A stretch of 64,000 bases of DNA from Promethearchaeota archaeon (GTDB taxonomy: Archaea > Asgardarchaeota > Lokiarchaeia > Sigyniarchaeales > SOKP01): NCBI GenBank assembly GCA_048941285.1, contig JBHLNS010000007.1, positions 1-64,000 on the forward strand, written 5' to 3'. Position numbers and translations under genes: made by a program. Each line of letters opens with the position of its first letter. Within the stretch, counting starts at the first letter, position 1. This document shows positions 54,004 through 64,000 of this stretch, in pieces. Under the pieces are notes generated by a model, which was not told the origin of the DNA, did no database searches, and was given only the letters and a program-made list of their open reading frames with translations.

Positions 54004-55260
54004 TTAACCTAAGTTTGTATCCTCATTGTAATCATTATTAAAATCTTGTTCTGTACGGGGAATTACATCTTCTTTCTCTTTGATCTCATATTCTTCTCCC
54101 TCAGGTTGAGGTACATCAGCAGTCGATAAGGGTTGTTCGAATGTAGGCTGTGGAGATATAAGTTCTTTAACTTCATATTTGACTTCTTTTTTCAACTCCT
54201 TCTGTTGTCTTGTATATTTTCTAATCTCATATATCCCTATTACTAGTAAAAGGATTATAAAAAAGACTAATACTGCTACATTTTTATAATAATTTATTGT
54301 ATCATTATTTAGATCACTAAGAAATTGACTAAATGGAAAATTGAAGGTTTGAAATATATTGTAAGGAAAATAACGAATGAACTCATATGAAACCTTGGAA
54401 AATATTAGCCAAATTATTGCCGTATCGATTCCTATATGTTTAGATCTTTTTGCTAATAATTCGGCATTTTTTCCCATTAAAGTACTTAACACGTAAAGTA
54501 TAATTGCTAAATCTACTATCAGTATCCCAATTGTAGTCCAGATTGATTGGGGTGTATTAGTTGCACTGTCATCAAGACCTAGATATATTTTCACAACTAA
54601 AAACAAAGTATAAACAGCTACAAGAATAAAAAATGTACCTAACCAAGCATTAAAAGTCCTTTTAAACATCAGAACGACACCATAAATTGCTAATCCTATA
54701 ATCACACATCCTACTACTACATAAGCAAGGTTTAAAAAAAGAGGAACTTCCACTGTTGAGATAAGAGAAAAATCGAATAAAGTTGGACCCATTATAAATA
54801 AATACAATAAGAATAAAGATGCTGGAATGCCCCCGAAAAATAAGACTGTTCTAATAAAACCTCTTGACCTTGGAAATTTTAATAATTTTTTTTCAATTCC
54901 AACCCCTATTAAATAACAAGCATACAAAATAAACCAAGAAGTGAAGAAAAAATATGATACTATTGAAATAGCAAATAAAGCAATGAGAATTACGGCGAGT
55001 AAGAATAATAAAGGTAAGGAGACTACGAGTAGTAAAATTATTTTCCATATTGGGTATTCCATGACATTTTTTCTAGTAGCCAAAGAAAGTAAAAAAAGAA
55101 ACATCAAAAAAGTAAGGTATGGCAGAAAAATAATAATACCTACTATTGGAAGAAATTGGATTACAATTACACCAATAAGAAGCCATAAAACAAGAATAGT
55201 TAATCTCCAATTCTCTTTCTTAAATATTTTCTTTAAATTATCAATGATTTCCATAAACAT
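54004..55260 (-). CDS. Hypothetical multi-pass membrane protein with acidic tail
   Basis: About 9-10 hydrophobic segments. Confidence 0.75.
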   Translation of the reverse strand: MFMEIIDNLKKIFKKENWRLTILVLWLLIGVIVIQFLPIVGIIIFLPYLTFLMFLFLLSLATRKNVMEYPIWKIILLLVVSLPLLFLLAVILIALFAISIVSYFFFTSWFILYACYLIGVGIEKKLLKFPRSRGFIRTVLFFGGIPASLFLLYLFIMGPTLFDFSLISTVEVPLFLNLAYVVVGCVIIGLAIYGVVLMFKRTFNAWLGTFFILVAVYTLFLVVKIYLGLDDSATNTPQSIWTTIGILIVDLAIILYVLSTLMGKNAELLAKRSKHIGIDTAIIWLIFSKVSYEFIRYFPYNIFQTFNFPFSQFLSDLNNDTINYYKNVAVLVFFIILLLVIGIYEIRKYTRQQKELKKEVKYEVKELISPQPTFEQPLSTADVPQPEGEEYEIKEKEDVIPRTEQDFNNDYNEDTNLG

Positions 55261-55326
55261 ATAGTTAAATAAGAAATATTTAAAATTATCCTATTAAAAA
55301 TGAAGAGTTTCTTGGAATAAGATCAA

Positions 55327-56130
55327 TTAAGGGATGAAATCAGTTAAATGCGTTTGATTACTAAAGCTATGAGAAGTTAATCCAAATTTATTTTTTATGA
55401 TATTAACTGATTCAGGTGCAAAACCTTGGAAATGATTATTCACTATGATAAAAATCTCATGAATATTAGGTTTTTGCTTTAATTTTGCAACGTTGTTAAA
55501 AAGATCATTTAAAGCGCTACTCTGATCTCTCTGAATTCTGTTAAACACACTAAGTTTTCTATCCCCAATCATTCTTATATAATAATATTTTTGATTTGGC
55601 ATATAATAGGGGATAATTCCGGGCATATAAGTTGTTCCAAGTATTAGATTGTCAGCATCAATAAATTTATACAGAATTTCAGAATTGAACCAAGAATTGT
55701 CACGCAACTCAATAATAAATTTATACTGTAAAGGAACCTTTTCAAGGAGTAACCGCAATTTTTCTAAATGGTTATCTGAATATTTAAACCAAGGAGGAAA
55801 TTGTAATAAAAAACTGCTTATCTTTGGATTCAATTCTCTTAATCTCGAAAAAAATTCGATAATATATGAATCTAAATTTTGATCGTCTAAATTATGAGAA
55901 ATTTGTTGCCAAACTTTAATAACAAATCGGAAATTTTTTGGAACACGATTATTCCAATTAAAAACGATGTCTTCAGGAGGTAGATTATAGAAAGTTGAAT
56001 TTATTTCAACTAAGCTAAAAAATTTGGAAAAATATTCTAAGTGTTGGGTTTTTTGTAATTTCTTTGGATAAAAAGGACCAATCCAATCTTTATAAAAAAA
56101 TCCAGCAGTTCCAATCGATATTTTCGCCAT
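55327..56130 (-). CDS. DUF72 (YecE) family protein
   Basis: IGTAGFFYKDW, VEINSTFY, LLQFPP, ELRDNSW, YIRMIG, NNHFQG. Confidence 0.93.
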   Translation of the reverse strand: MAKISIGTAGFFYKDWIGPFYPKKLQKTQHLEYFSKFFSLVEINSTFYNLPPEDIVFNWNNRVPKNFRFVIKVWQQISHNLDDQNLDSYIIEFFSRLRELNPKISSFLLQFPPWFKYSDNHLEKLRLLLEKVPLQYKFIIELRDNSWFNSEILYKFIDADNLILGTTYMPGIIPYYMPNQKYYYIRMIGDRKLSVFNRIQRDQSSALNDLFNNVAKLKQKPNIHEIFIIVNNHFQGFAPESVNIIKNKFGLTSHSFSNQTHLTDFIP

Positions 56131-56251
56131 TTGATAATAAATTAAAGTTTATGTAGTTTTTAATAATTCAATATTTTTTTAAACTGAAATAATTAATTTT
56201 TATGAAAAATTATTGCAAATTTATATAATTTCAAAAAAAAGATGATTTGAT

Positions 56252-56995
56252 ATGAAAGACAATGACTTTAATATTGATTGGGCAAAAATCGAAGAAAAAC
56301 CTAACAAGAAAGTATCTATAGAGGGATATACTTTGTTAGAGATTAGAAAAAAGTTAAGAGAACTAGAACTGGAATTGGAAAAAAGACATCAGAGTTTAGC
56401 AAAAGCATTGAATGACTTAGATGCTACTAGGGAGAAATTAGCTGGTCGCGAAAGAAGTTTGACTGAACTTACCGAAAGAAAATCGATTGCCAGAAAGTCT
56501 CATGATCAAATCAAAGAAGAGAAATTACATGCTGATATTGAAATTGCCAAGTTATCATCTGAAAAATCCAATTTAGAAGAAAAATTAACTGAATCAATCG
56601 TTAAAATTACAGCTCTCGAAAATCAATTAAACAAATTTACTAAAAAATCAGTTAAAATTGAGGAAAAATTATTAAATAGAGATAAAGAAATTCAGAATAA
56701 AGAGGAAGAAAGGTTAGAAAAAGCAAAAGAGATCTTAAATAAAGAGAAGGAATTAAGAAATTTCAAATCTGAAATAAGTATTAAGGATGAAGAAATTGAA
56801 AATTTAAAACAAAAATTAAATGAAGAAAAAAAATTCACGGATATTCAAATTAAAAAATTTCAAGACTTTGAAGTCCAAGTGTCTAAAGCTATACAATCGA
56901 CTGAGATTATTGAAAAAATTAAAAAATTGATGGAATTAAAAGGCTTTCTGTCAGATAAAGAGCTTGAATCTTTACTAAATGAAACAAAAGAATAA
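56252..56995 (+). CDS. Coiled-coil protein, paralog A
   Basis: Head IDWAKIEEKP, long coiled coil, tail KGFLSDKELESLL. Confidence 0.75.
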   Translation: MKDNDFNIDWAKIEEKPNKKVSIEGYTLLEIRKKLRELELELEKRHQSLAKALNDLDATREKLAGRERSLTELTERKSIARKSHDQIKEEKLHADIEIAKLSSEKSNLEEKLTESIVKITALENQLNKFTKKSVKIEEKLLNRDKEIQNKEEERLEKAKEILNKEKELRNFKSEISIKDEEIENLKQKLNEEKKFTDIQIKKFQDFEVQVSKAIQSTEIIEKIKKLMELKGFLSDKELESLLNETKE

Positions 56996-57150
56996 AACAC
57001 TAAGAATAGTTATTTTATCTTTTTTTATTAACAAATTCTTTAATGTAAAGTTTATAAATAATCAACTTTAAAAAAATAAATATAAAGCAATATAAAATTA
57101 TCATACTCATAAAATTAAAATTATAAAATAATAGAAAAGGTGAAAATAAA

Positions 57151-57870
57151 ATTTCAATTGATTGGGCTAAGGCTGAAGAAAGACCAGAAAAGAAACTATC
57201 AGTTGAGGGAAAAGTTTTGTTGGATCTCAGATCTAAGATTAATAGTATAGAAAAACAGTTAACTCAAAATAGAAAGGATTTAGACAAAGCCTCATCAGAA
57301 CTGAAGGTAACAAAAGAAGATTTATCAGAATCTAAGAAAAAGATTGAAGATTTCAATGAGAAGATTAAGAATTTTGAGAGAATAAAAGAAGAGAAACTAT
57401 ATGGGGATGCAGAGATAAATAAGCTACGAAATATAAAATCAGAATTAGAATCAAAATTATCTGAATCGAATTCTAAAATTATTGACTTGGAAAACAAGTT
57501 AAAAGAATCCTCTGCAAAACTCGATAATGCAGAAAAAGATAAAAATGATGCATTATCCAATTCAAGAAAGGAGATAGAAACTCTTAAAAACAATCTTCAG
57601 CAAAAAAATAATGAACTCGAGGATCTAAAGGATGAATTACAAAAATCCCGTTCAGATAAATATGTAGAAATTGAAAGTCTTAAAGATGAAGTTGAAACCA
57701 AAGATAAAGAAATTAATGCACTCAACCAAAAAGTCATATCGTTAGAAGAAACAATTTCAGATGCAGAAGGAGCACCAGAACTCATTGAAAACATAAAAAA
57801 TATTATGATGTCTAAAGGATTCCTGAGTGATAGAGAGTTTGATGCTCTTTTGGAGCATAAAGATATTTAG
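57151..57870 (+). CDS. Coiled-coil protein, paralog B (probable ATT start at 57151)
   Basis: In-frame ISIDWAKAEERPEKKLSVEG upstream of the called TTG (57217) matches the head of paralog A; GGTGA lies 7 nt upstream; tail KGFLSDREFDALL. Confidence 0.7.
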   Translation: MSIDWAKAEERPEKKLSVEGKVLLDLRSKINSIEKQLTQNRKDLDKASSELKVTKEDLSESKKKIEDFNEKIKNFERIKEEKLYGDAEINKLRNIKSELESKLSESNSKIIDLENKLKESSAKLDNAEKDKNDALSNSRKEIETLKNNLQQKNNELEDLKDELQKSRSDKYVEIESLKDEVETKDKEINALNQKVISLEETISDAEGAPELIENIKNIMMSKGFLSDREFDALLEHKDI

Positions 57871-57896
57871 TAAATTAAATTCTTTTTATTATTCAA

Positions 57897-58982
57897 ATGG
57901 TTAAATTAATTTGGGAAAACAAATCAGACTATAAATCTGAAGATAATAAAAATTACAATCTCAATTATTTTGAAGCTTTTGAAAGTAATTCATCTAAGAT
58001 AAATGTTGGGTTAGGAGGCATCAAGGATTCTGATTTGTGGATCAACAAGCTATTTTGGGGAGATAGCCTTGATGTGTTATATTATTTGTTAAATAATTTA
58101 AAAAGAAAAATAGATTTAATTTACATTGATCCCCCATTCTTTTCTGGAGTTAATTATAAAATTAAAGTTAAGGAAAAAGGCAAAATTTATGATTTAATTG
58201 CATATTATGATCATTGGAACAGAGATTTAGACTCATACTTACAAATGCTCTATGAAAGGATAAAAATATTTAAAAAATTGCTCTCTAATTCTGGATTACT
58301 TTTTATCCATTCTGATTGGCACGCTAATCATTATGTAAGAGTAATTTTAGATGAAATTTTCGGAGATAATAGGTTTGTGAATAATATCATTTGGTATTAT
58401 TATAACAAATATTCCGCGGGGAAAAAAAAACTTCCAAGAGCTCATGATACAATTTTAGTTTATTCCAATTCTAGTAATTATACATTTAATGAATTAAGAA
58501 TACCTCGGAAAAACCCAAGAAAGCAGCTAATGAGAGTAAATGTAGATGGTGTATTAAAGAATGTGAAAGATAAGAATGGACATGTTAAATATCGAATAGT
58601 AAAGGACAAAAAATTAGACGATGTCTGGCAAATTCCTTGTTTACAACCAGCTTCAAAAGAGTGGACGGGTTTTCCTACTCAAAAACACCATAAATTACTA
58701 GAAAGAATTATTAAATTAGGTTCTAATGAAGGAGACTTAATTGCTGATTTTTTTTGTGGTTCTGGAACGTCCTTAGTGTTAGCTGAAAAATTAAAGAGAA
58801 GATGGATTGGATGTGACATTTCAGAGTATTCGATATATTTAACTAGAAATAGGATTTTGGACACCCAAAATACTACACATAAATTTTATCCATTTGAAAT
58901 ACTTACAAATTTGAACGCACATAAAAAAGATATAATCGAATCAGGATTTTTTCAAAAAGAGATTTCAATAAAAAGAACATAA
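57897..58982 (+). CDS. Site-specific DNA methyltransferase (N4/N6, beta class, Mod-like)
   Basis: IDLIYIDPPF precedes FPTQK...ADFFCGSGT, WIGCDI. Confidence 0.9.
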   Translation: MVKLIWENKSDYKSEDNKNYNLNYFEAFESNSSKINVGLGGIKDSDLWINKLFWGDSLDVLYYLLNNLKRKIDLIYIDPPFFSGVNYKIKVKEKGKIYDLIAYYDHWNRDLDSYLQMLYERIKIFKKLLSNSGLLFIHSDWHANHYVRVILDEIFGDNRFVNNIIWYYYNKYSAGKKKLPRAHDTILVYSNSSNYTFNELRIPRKNPRKQLMRVNVDGVLKNVKDKNGHVKYRIVKDKKLDDVWQIPCLQPASKEWTGFPTQKHHKLLERIIKLGSNEGDLIADFFCGSGTSLVLAEKLKRRWIGCDISEYSIYLTRNRILDTQNTTHKFYPFEILTNLNAHKKDIIESGFFQKEISIKRT

Positions 58983-59068
58983 TACAGCTGTCATTACTTT
59001 ATAAAAAGACGAAAAATTTTTCTCTTTTTTATTCTTTTTATTAAAATAAATCATATTGGGACTAGATA

Positions 59069-60616
59069 TTGATGATTTTAAATATGATAAATGATAAAAA
59101 ATCCCGAGATTGGAAAGAATCGTCGATTAAACGCCATGATTTGTATAATTTTGAATCGAAAGTAGATTATACTTTAGAATTAACCGAAAAGAAGAAAACT
59201 ACATACTCTCTTGATACATACTTCTTTATCCCTAGTTCATTACAGATAAACAAGGATTCATATGGAAAAGAGCTTTTTTTTTCAGATATCAATAATCGGA
59301 TAAGGTTTAAAACCCCTAAAATGACTATAGAAGGAATATTAGAAAAACAAAACAAGCTTTCTCCATTGAATACAATCCTTAAATCACTGAAAGATATTGA
59401 ATTAGAAAAATCCAATATAGTTATCAACATAAAAATAGAAAGAGAATTGTGCTTACTCGCGGATATAATAAAAGTTTCTTTAAGAGATCAACTCAATTAT
59501 ATCCACACTGGTTATAATAAATTAAAAGAGCAGCATCAAATGCAAACTATGATAATTTCTCACCTCGAATCAATAAAAAAATTACAATTGGCACTGAAAT
59601 CAATGGAAGAGAAATTTTTATTGCCTAAATTTTCTATAAGTTTACGTGAGGCTTTTCAATATGCTGATGAATATATAAGTTTACAGATTGAGAAGTCTCT
59701 TACAAGATTGTTAAAAGATTTTGAAGAAGAGTTTAATAAAGAGACCAAAAATCTGATAATTGAATTAATTGAAAAAGAACAAGACCATCGTGAGTATTTG
59801 AAAAGCTCATTAATTATTTTTGAAAATTCAAATAACGAAACTTTTTCTTACCAAGAGGGAATTATGAAAAAATATGTACAAAGTGTTCTATATTTGGAAA
59901 AAAAGAAAAAAGATCCAAAATCACAATCATTAGAAATATTTTACTCTGTAGCTGCGGGGATTGCTATGTTTTTTTCCTTATTCTTTGGTTTTTTAATCCT
60001 ATCATTCTTTACTATGTATTCTATTCCCTTTATTATTGCAACTGTTGTGATATATATGTTAAAAGACCGAATTAAGGATAATATACGTGGAGTTTCACAG
60101 AGAGCAGTTGGATCTATTTTCCCAGATCAGCGTATTGACATTGTAGATGGATTTAATAAAGAAAAAATTGGAGAAAGTAAAGAAATTGTTAATTTTAAAA
60201 AAAAAGAAAAAATTCCCCAAGAGATTTTAAGAATTAGAAAGTCCAGTAATATTAATTCTATAGAAGAAAGTGGTAAGCCAGAGCAAGTAATTCTGTATGA
60301 GAAAAAAATTACGTTATTTAATAAAAAAATAAAGCAATTCCATATAAGAAGAAACGATATTTCGGATGTTATTCGATTTAATGTAAGAGGCTTTTTGAGA
60401 TATGCTGACGATCCAATTCAAATTATATCTAAATGGAATATAGATAAAAAGAAAATTGAAGATATACCAGTATCAAAAGTTTATCATTTAAATCTTGTTT
60501 TAAAATTAACATCATTTAAAGGAAAAAAAATAAATAAAACCGATTATAAAAAGTATAGAGTAATAATAGATCAAAAAGGTATTAAAAGGGTTTTGGAACC
60601 TGAATTCGTACTATAA
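59069..60616 (+). CDS. Hypothetical protein with a central 2-TM hairpin
   Basis: 515-aa ORF; YFFIPSSLQIN; SVAAGIAMFF...YMLKDRIKD. Confidence 0.75.
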   Translation: MMILNMINDKKSRDWKESSIKRHDLYNFESKVDYTLELTEKKKTTYSLDTYFFIPSSLQINKDSYGKELFFSDINNRIRFKTPKMTIEGILEKQNKLSPLNTILKSLKDIELEKSNIVINIKIERELCLLADIIKVSLRDQLNYIHTGYNKLKEQHQMQTMIISHLESIKKLQLALKSMEEKFLLPKFSISLREAFQYADEYISLQIEKSLTRLLKDFEEEFNKETKNLIIELIEKEQDHREYLKSSLIIFENSNNETFSYQEGIMKKYVQSVLYLEKKKKDPKSQSLEIFYSVAAGIAMFFSLFFGFLILSFFTMYSIPFIIATVVIYMLKDRIKDNIRGVSQRAVGSIFPDQRIDIVDGFNKEKIGESKEIVNFKKKEKIPQEILRIRKSSNINSIEESGKPEQVILYEKKITLFNKKIKQFHIRRNDISDVIRFNVRGFLRYADDPIQIISKWNIDKKKIEDIPVSKVYHLNLVLKLTSFKGKKINKTDYKKYRVIIDQKGIKRVLEPEFVL

Positions 60617-62038
60617 TTGAGTATAAACCTTCCATCCTAAGTAATTAGAAAGAGCCTCAATTATTATATCTCCAACTTCATTCAGCGATACCGCAACATG
60701 GTGTGCAAATCCCTCTTTACATACTATCTTTAAAATATCTTGTAGATTTGGAATTTCTATAACTCCATAACCTCCAAATGTGTCTAATTGGTCATCTGTA
60801 TAATTACCTTCTACAACTAATGCTTTTATTTCTCCAAATAAATCATCAGTTTCCACTCGTAACAGTGTACAAGGTTTAGTTTTGATACGCCCTTGAATTG
60901 CTCCAAAACTAACTTCTCCACCTTTTTGATCTGCAATTATTGGATGAATTGTCATTTTAGTATCTTGAAAAAAGGATTTAGGCAGATTGCTGCAATGGAA
61001 TAGGACCATTTTGTTTGGATCTGCACCATAATTATTATTCCAATCCAATATTGCTGATGGGCTATCTGAAGCAATTTGTAAGATTAACATCCCGATTAGA
61101 CCAGAGATATCAACTTCACACGCAGCAGGAATTAATCCTTCACTAAACATACTCATAACAGCGCATGGTACTATACCAAAATTATCTTGAATACTCGGCC
61201 AACATTGAAAAGCAAATCCATCTAATTCATATTCATTAACCCAATTTTCAATTACAACTGCTAATTTTGCGAGTTTTATTAAACTATCTTCAGGAATTAT
61301 TTTAGTTGAAGTATAATTCTTTATAAATTCGATTTTATCTAGTACTTTTGGATGATTGTCAGCTAGATTATTAATATAACCAAAAATCTCTGATAAGTCT
61401 ATAGGTTCTATGCTTATCCCATTAAATTCTAAAATCTTTTCACTATACCTAACAGTTTCAAAAGCGTTAGGTCTTGTTCCTATTTGACCTAATCTGGTAG
61501 ATCTAAGCTCTCTCACTATTCTGCATATTTTTTCAAATCTTTTAATTTCTTCCTCAAAAATATCAGATTTTAATTGGCATGTATGGTATCTAGTTAATGT
61601 AAATGGAATTCCATATTGATATAATACATTAGTAACAGAAATTTTTCCACAAAAGGCATCTCTTCTATGAATTCTGTCCATTTTATCAATTTCATCTGCA
61701 GCAGCATGAACTAGAACAGGAACATTAAGATTTGACAGTTTTATAGCATTAGCAATTCCTTTTTCATCTCCAAAATTAGGTAAAATAACTAATATTCCAC
61801 AAATCTTGTTTTTATTAATTTTAAATAACTGTGCACATTTTTTTGCGTCTTGATAAGTTTCTACAACTCCAAATTTAGTATCATCTTCACTTAATATAAC
61901 ATAATCGTATCCCAATTCATTTAAAACTTCAATTATTTCAATTCTTCCTTCTTTAGCAAGGTTATCTGGAAAAACATCTCTATTACCAACAATTACTCCA
62001 AATGTTACCTTTTCAAATTTCTTTTTAAGAATTGACAT
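60611..62038 (-). CDS. L-fucose/L-arabinose isomerase family protein
   Basis: NFGDE, RRDAFCGKIS, QCWP, ACEVD, FHCSN, GFAHHVA. Confidence 0.88.
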   Translation of the reverse strand: MSILKKKFEKVTFGVIVGNRDVFPDNLAKEGRIEIIEVLNELGYDYVILSEDDTKFGVVETYQDAKKCAQLFKINKNKICGILVILPNFGDEKGIANAIKLSNLNVPVLVHAAADEIDKMDRIHRRDAFCGKISVTNVLYQYGIPFTLTRYHTCQLKSDIFEEEIKRFEKICRIVRELRSTRLGQIGTRPNAFETVRYSEKILEFNGISIEPIDLSEIFGYINNLADNHPKVLDKIEFIKNYTSTKIIPEDSLIKLAKLAVVIENWVNEYELDGFAFQCWPSIQDNFGIVPCAVMSMFSEGLIPAACEVDISGLIGMLILQIASDSPSAILDWNNNYGADPNKMVLFHCSNLPKSFFQDTKMTIHPIIADQKGGEVSFGAIQGRIKTKPCTLLRVETDDLFGEIKALVVEGNYTDDQLDTFGGYGVIEIPNLQDILKIVCKEGFAHHVAVSLNEVGDIIIEALSNYLGWKVYTQL

Positions 62039-62130
62039 TCTAATTACCTTGATAATAAATATTGAAAAATTTAATTTTAGTAATTTAATTTAAGAATTTA
62101 AAATTAAAATAAAAATTTTTTAATTATTCA

Positions 62131-63387
62131 ATGAATTTCAAATTTCATATTATCAAGAGGATAAAAGAGCTATATAAACATAAAATTTTCAGATATGCTC
62201 TAGTCCTTCAAAGTTTTTATTTTATACTATCAATTATTCTTTATTTTTCTCTCTATCAAGAAAAAAATGACTTCGTAATTTTTTATAATGTAGGGAACGT
62301 ATTCCTCAATGATATTGAGAATCTTTATAATCAAACTTATTATTTATGGGATTTTAGATATTTTCCATTGTCAGCATTGTTTTTTATTCCTTTTTCTCTC
62401 TTAAGTACTGATTCTGCATTTATAATTTTTAATATTTTCAATGTATTTTTGAATATTTTAATTTGTAACTATTTATATAAAATAATCTTGCTGGTTAGAA
62501 AGGAAGATCATGAAAAAGATGATAAGAGAGTTATTTTATATATATGTATTTACTTAATGGGATTACCGCATGTGCTCAATTATATTTATGGACAAATAAA
62601 TTTATATATTACATTTTTTATTGTCTTATCTCTTTATATTTTTCTTAAGTATAAAGATATTAAGTGGCAATTTATAGCAAGTCTAATTTTAGGCATAAGT
62701 ATAATCATTAAACCTACAGCATTTTTATTAATACCTTTTCTTATAATAATAAATTTCAATTTAACAAATAAAAAGTTCAGAATTGAGTTTTTAAGAAGTT
62801 TGACTCGTATCATTGGAGTTTTAGTTCCTGTTTTATTAAATTTTATTCCTTTCTTTTTATATCCAACTCTATGGGAAGGGTTTTTGGAGACTAATTTTAC
62901 GGGTAGTAATCCAGTCGCCTTAAATTTTTCTTTCAGTTTTACTAAGCTAATAACTAACTTCTGTTATTTTTATAATATCCCTTTTAACCAACTTATTCTT
63001 TTTTTAGGCGTTGTTGCTATAATTGGAGGATTAGGATTTATAACATTCTTAATCAGGAGATTTGAGAAAAATTCAATAATATATGGTTATGCTTTTGGCA
63101 TCCTAATCATGTTACTTGCATATTTTGACTCATGGGATCATCATTTACTCAATTTAACTCCAATTTTAATTATTATTATGTTTAATTTACCACGTCGTTC
63201 TAAAATTACAGCCCCTTTTAAATTGAGTTTATTTTTCTTTAGTTTTTTAGATCTTGCTTTTGTAGGAATATGGTACTTAATTTATCCATTATTCCCATAT
63301 AATTTAGAGCCAACATTCTTTTTAATAATAACATTCTATGGGATTGGTAAATATTGTTTGATAAAGAAAAATAGAGAGGAGATCTAA
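62131..63387 (+). CDS. GT87 / DUF2029 membrane glycosyltransferase (GT-C)
   Basis: DFVIFY, FRYFPLSALFF, GQIN, IKP, WDHH among many TM segments. Confidence 0.8.
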   Translation: MNFKFHIIKRIKELYKHKIFRYALVLQSFYFILSIILYFSLYQEKNDFVIFYNVGNVFLNDIENLYNQTYYLWDFRYFPLSALFFIPFSLLSTDSAFIIFNIFNVFLNILICNYLYKIILLVRKEDHEKDDKRVILYICIYLMGLPHVLNYIYGQINLYITFFIVLSLYIFLKYKDIKWQFIASLILGISIIIKPTAFLLIPFLIIINFNLTNKKFRIEFLRSLTRIIGVLVPVLLNFIPFFLYPTLWEGFLETNFTGSNPVALNFSFSFTKLITNFCYFYNIPFNQLILFLGVVAIIGGLGFITFLIRRFEKNSIIYGYAFGILIMLLAYFDSWDHHLLNLTPILIIIMFNLPRRSKITAPFKLSLFFFSFLDLAFVGIWYLIYPLFPYNLEPTFFLIITFYGIGKYCLIKKNREEI

Positions 63388-63391
63388 AAAA

Positions 63392-64000
63392 TTGAAGCGA
63401 AAAGGATATATCTTCAATATATTTTTATTTTTCTTATTAATGAGCAATATAATATCTATTGTGAATGCTCTCGATTATGGTGTAGGAGTTAGTGAGAGTC
63501 AGGAATTAATCTGGACTTGTAAAAAATGCAATCAAATAGAGATGAATAATATTTTTGGAAATGAATGGAAAGATTCTGGAGTCTTCAAAAATTTAAGTGC
63601 TGGAAAACGAATGAAATGGAAAATTAATAGTATTGAAGTCAATCAATCATTCTCTAAGATAAATATTAGCATTTGGGATTGGACTAGTGAAAAAATATGG
63701 GGAATAAAAGATAATGATTCTGAAATAACTTATTTTTTTGATACATTAGAATCGAATTTTACTACATATACGTCTCTAGTTCCATTTTGGTTTCCAGTTC
63801 CCGTAGGAGAATTTATTGGAAGTTTAGAATTAAATAATTGGTATGATGTGGATAATAGAGTTTTACCTACTCTAAACGTGGAAATTGAAAAAGATGAGAT
63901 ATCTCTCGGATTTCCTCTAAAAAGGATAAAGATTATTGCAATTTATAATAACCAAGGGATTTTAAATTCCTATAAACTCTATACTACGGGTAATGTTGTT
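63392..64000 (+). CDS. Secreted/surface protein, partial (runs off the window)
   Basis: TTG start; MKRKGYIFNIFLFFLLMSNIISIVNA is signal-peptide-like; frame appears open toward the window end. Confidence 0.65.
   Translation, partial: MKRKGYIFNIFLFFLLMSNIISIVNALDYGVGVSESQELIWTCKKCNQIEMNNIFGNEWKDSGVFKNLSAGKRMKWKINSIEVNQSFSKINISIWDWTSEKIWGIKDNDSEITYFFDTLESNFTTYTSLVPFWFPVPVGEFIGSLELNNWYDVDNRVLPTLNVEIEKDEISLGFPLKRIKIIAIYNNQGILNSYKLYTTGNVV

Overview
AT-rich archaeal chromosome segment, most consistent with an Asgard archaeon (Lokiarchaeia-like). That assignment rests on an actin-family gene, a gelsolin-domain gene, two Roadblock genes, an MglA-type small GTPase, an SDS22-like LRR protein, an intron-containing tRNA-Met, and gyrA/gyrB, asnS-gatA-gatB and folP/cofE. 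No CRISPR array, IS element or provirus was seen. The main finding is that gyrB (minus strand) is split by a 53-nt insert (35060-35112) inside its conserved [14 protein letters not shown] motif. The insert junctions fold into a bulge-helix-bulge (BHB)-type motif whose predicted cut sites restore the frame exactly, so this is a candidate tRNA-endonuclease-spliced mRNA intron in a gyrase gene; it also has a possible competing K-turn fold. Also notable: a same-strand cluster of eukaryote-signature genes (gelsolin, Roadblock, Pro-rich Cdc48-N-like/VWA protein, divergent actin, solenoid + catalytically dead CHAT protein), a Cys-rich microprotein missed by the ORF track, and a probable ATT-initiated gene. 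All calls come from reading motifs by eye; no database searches or folding programs were run.
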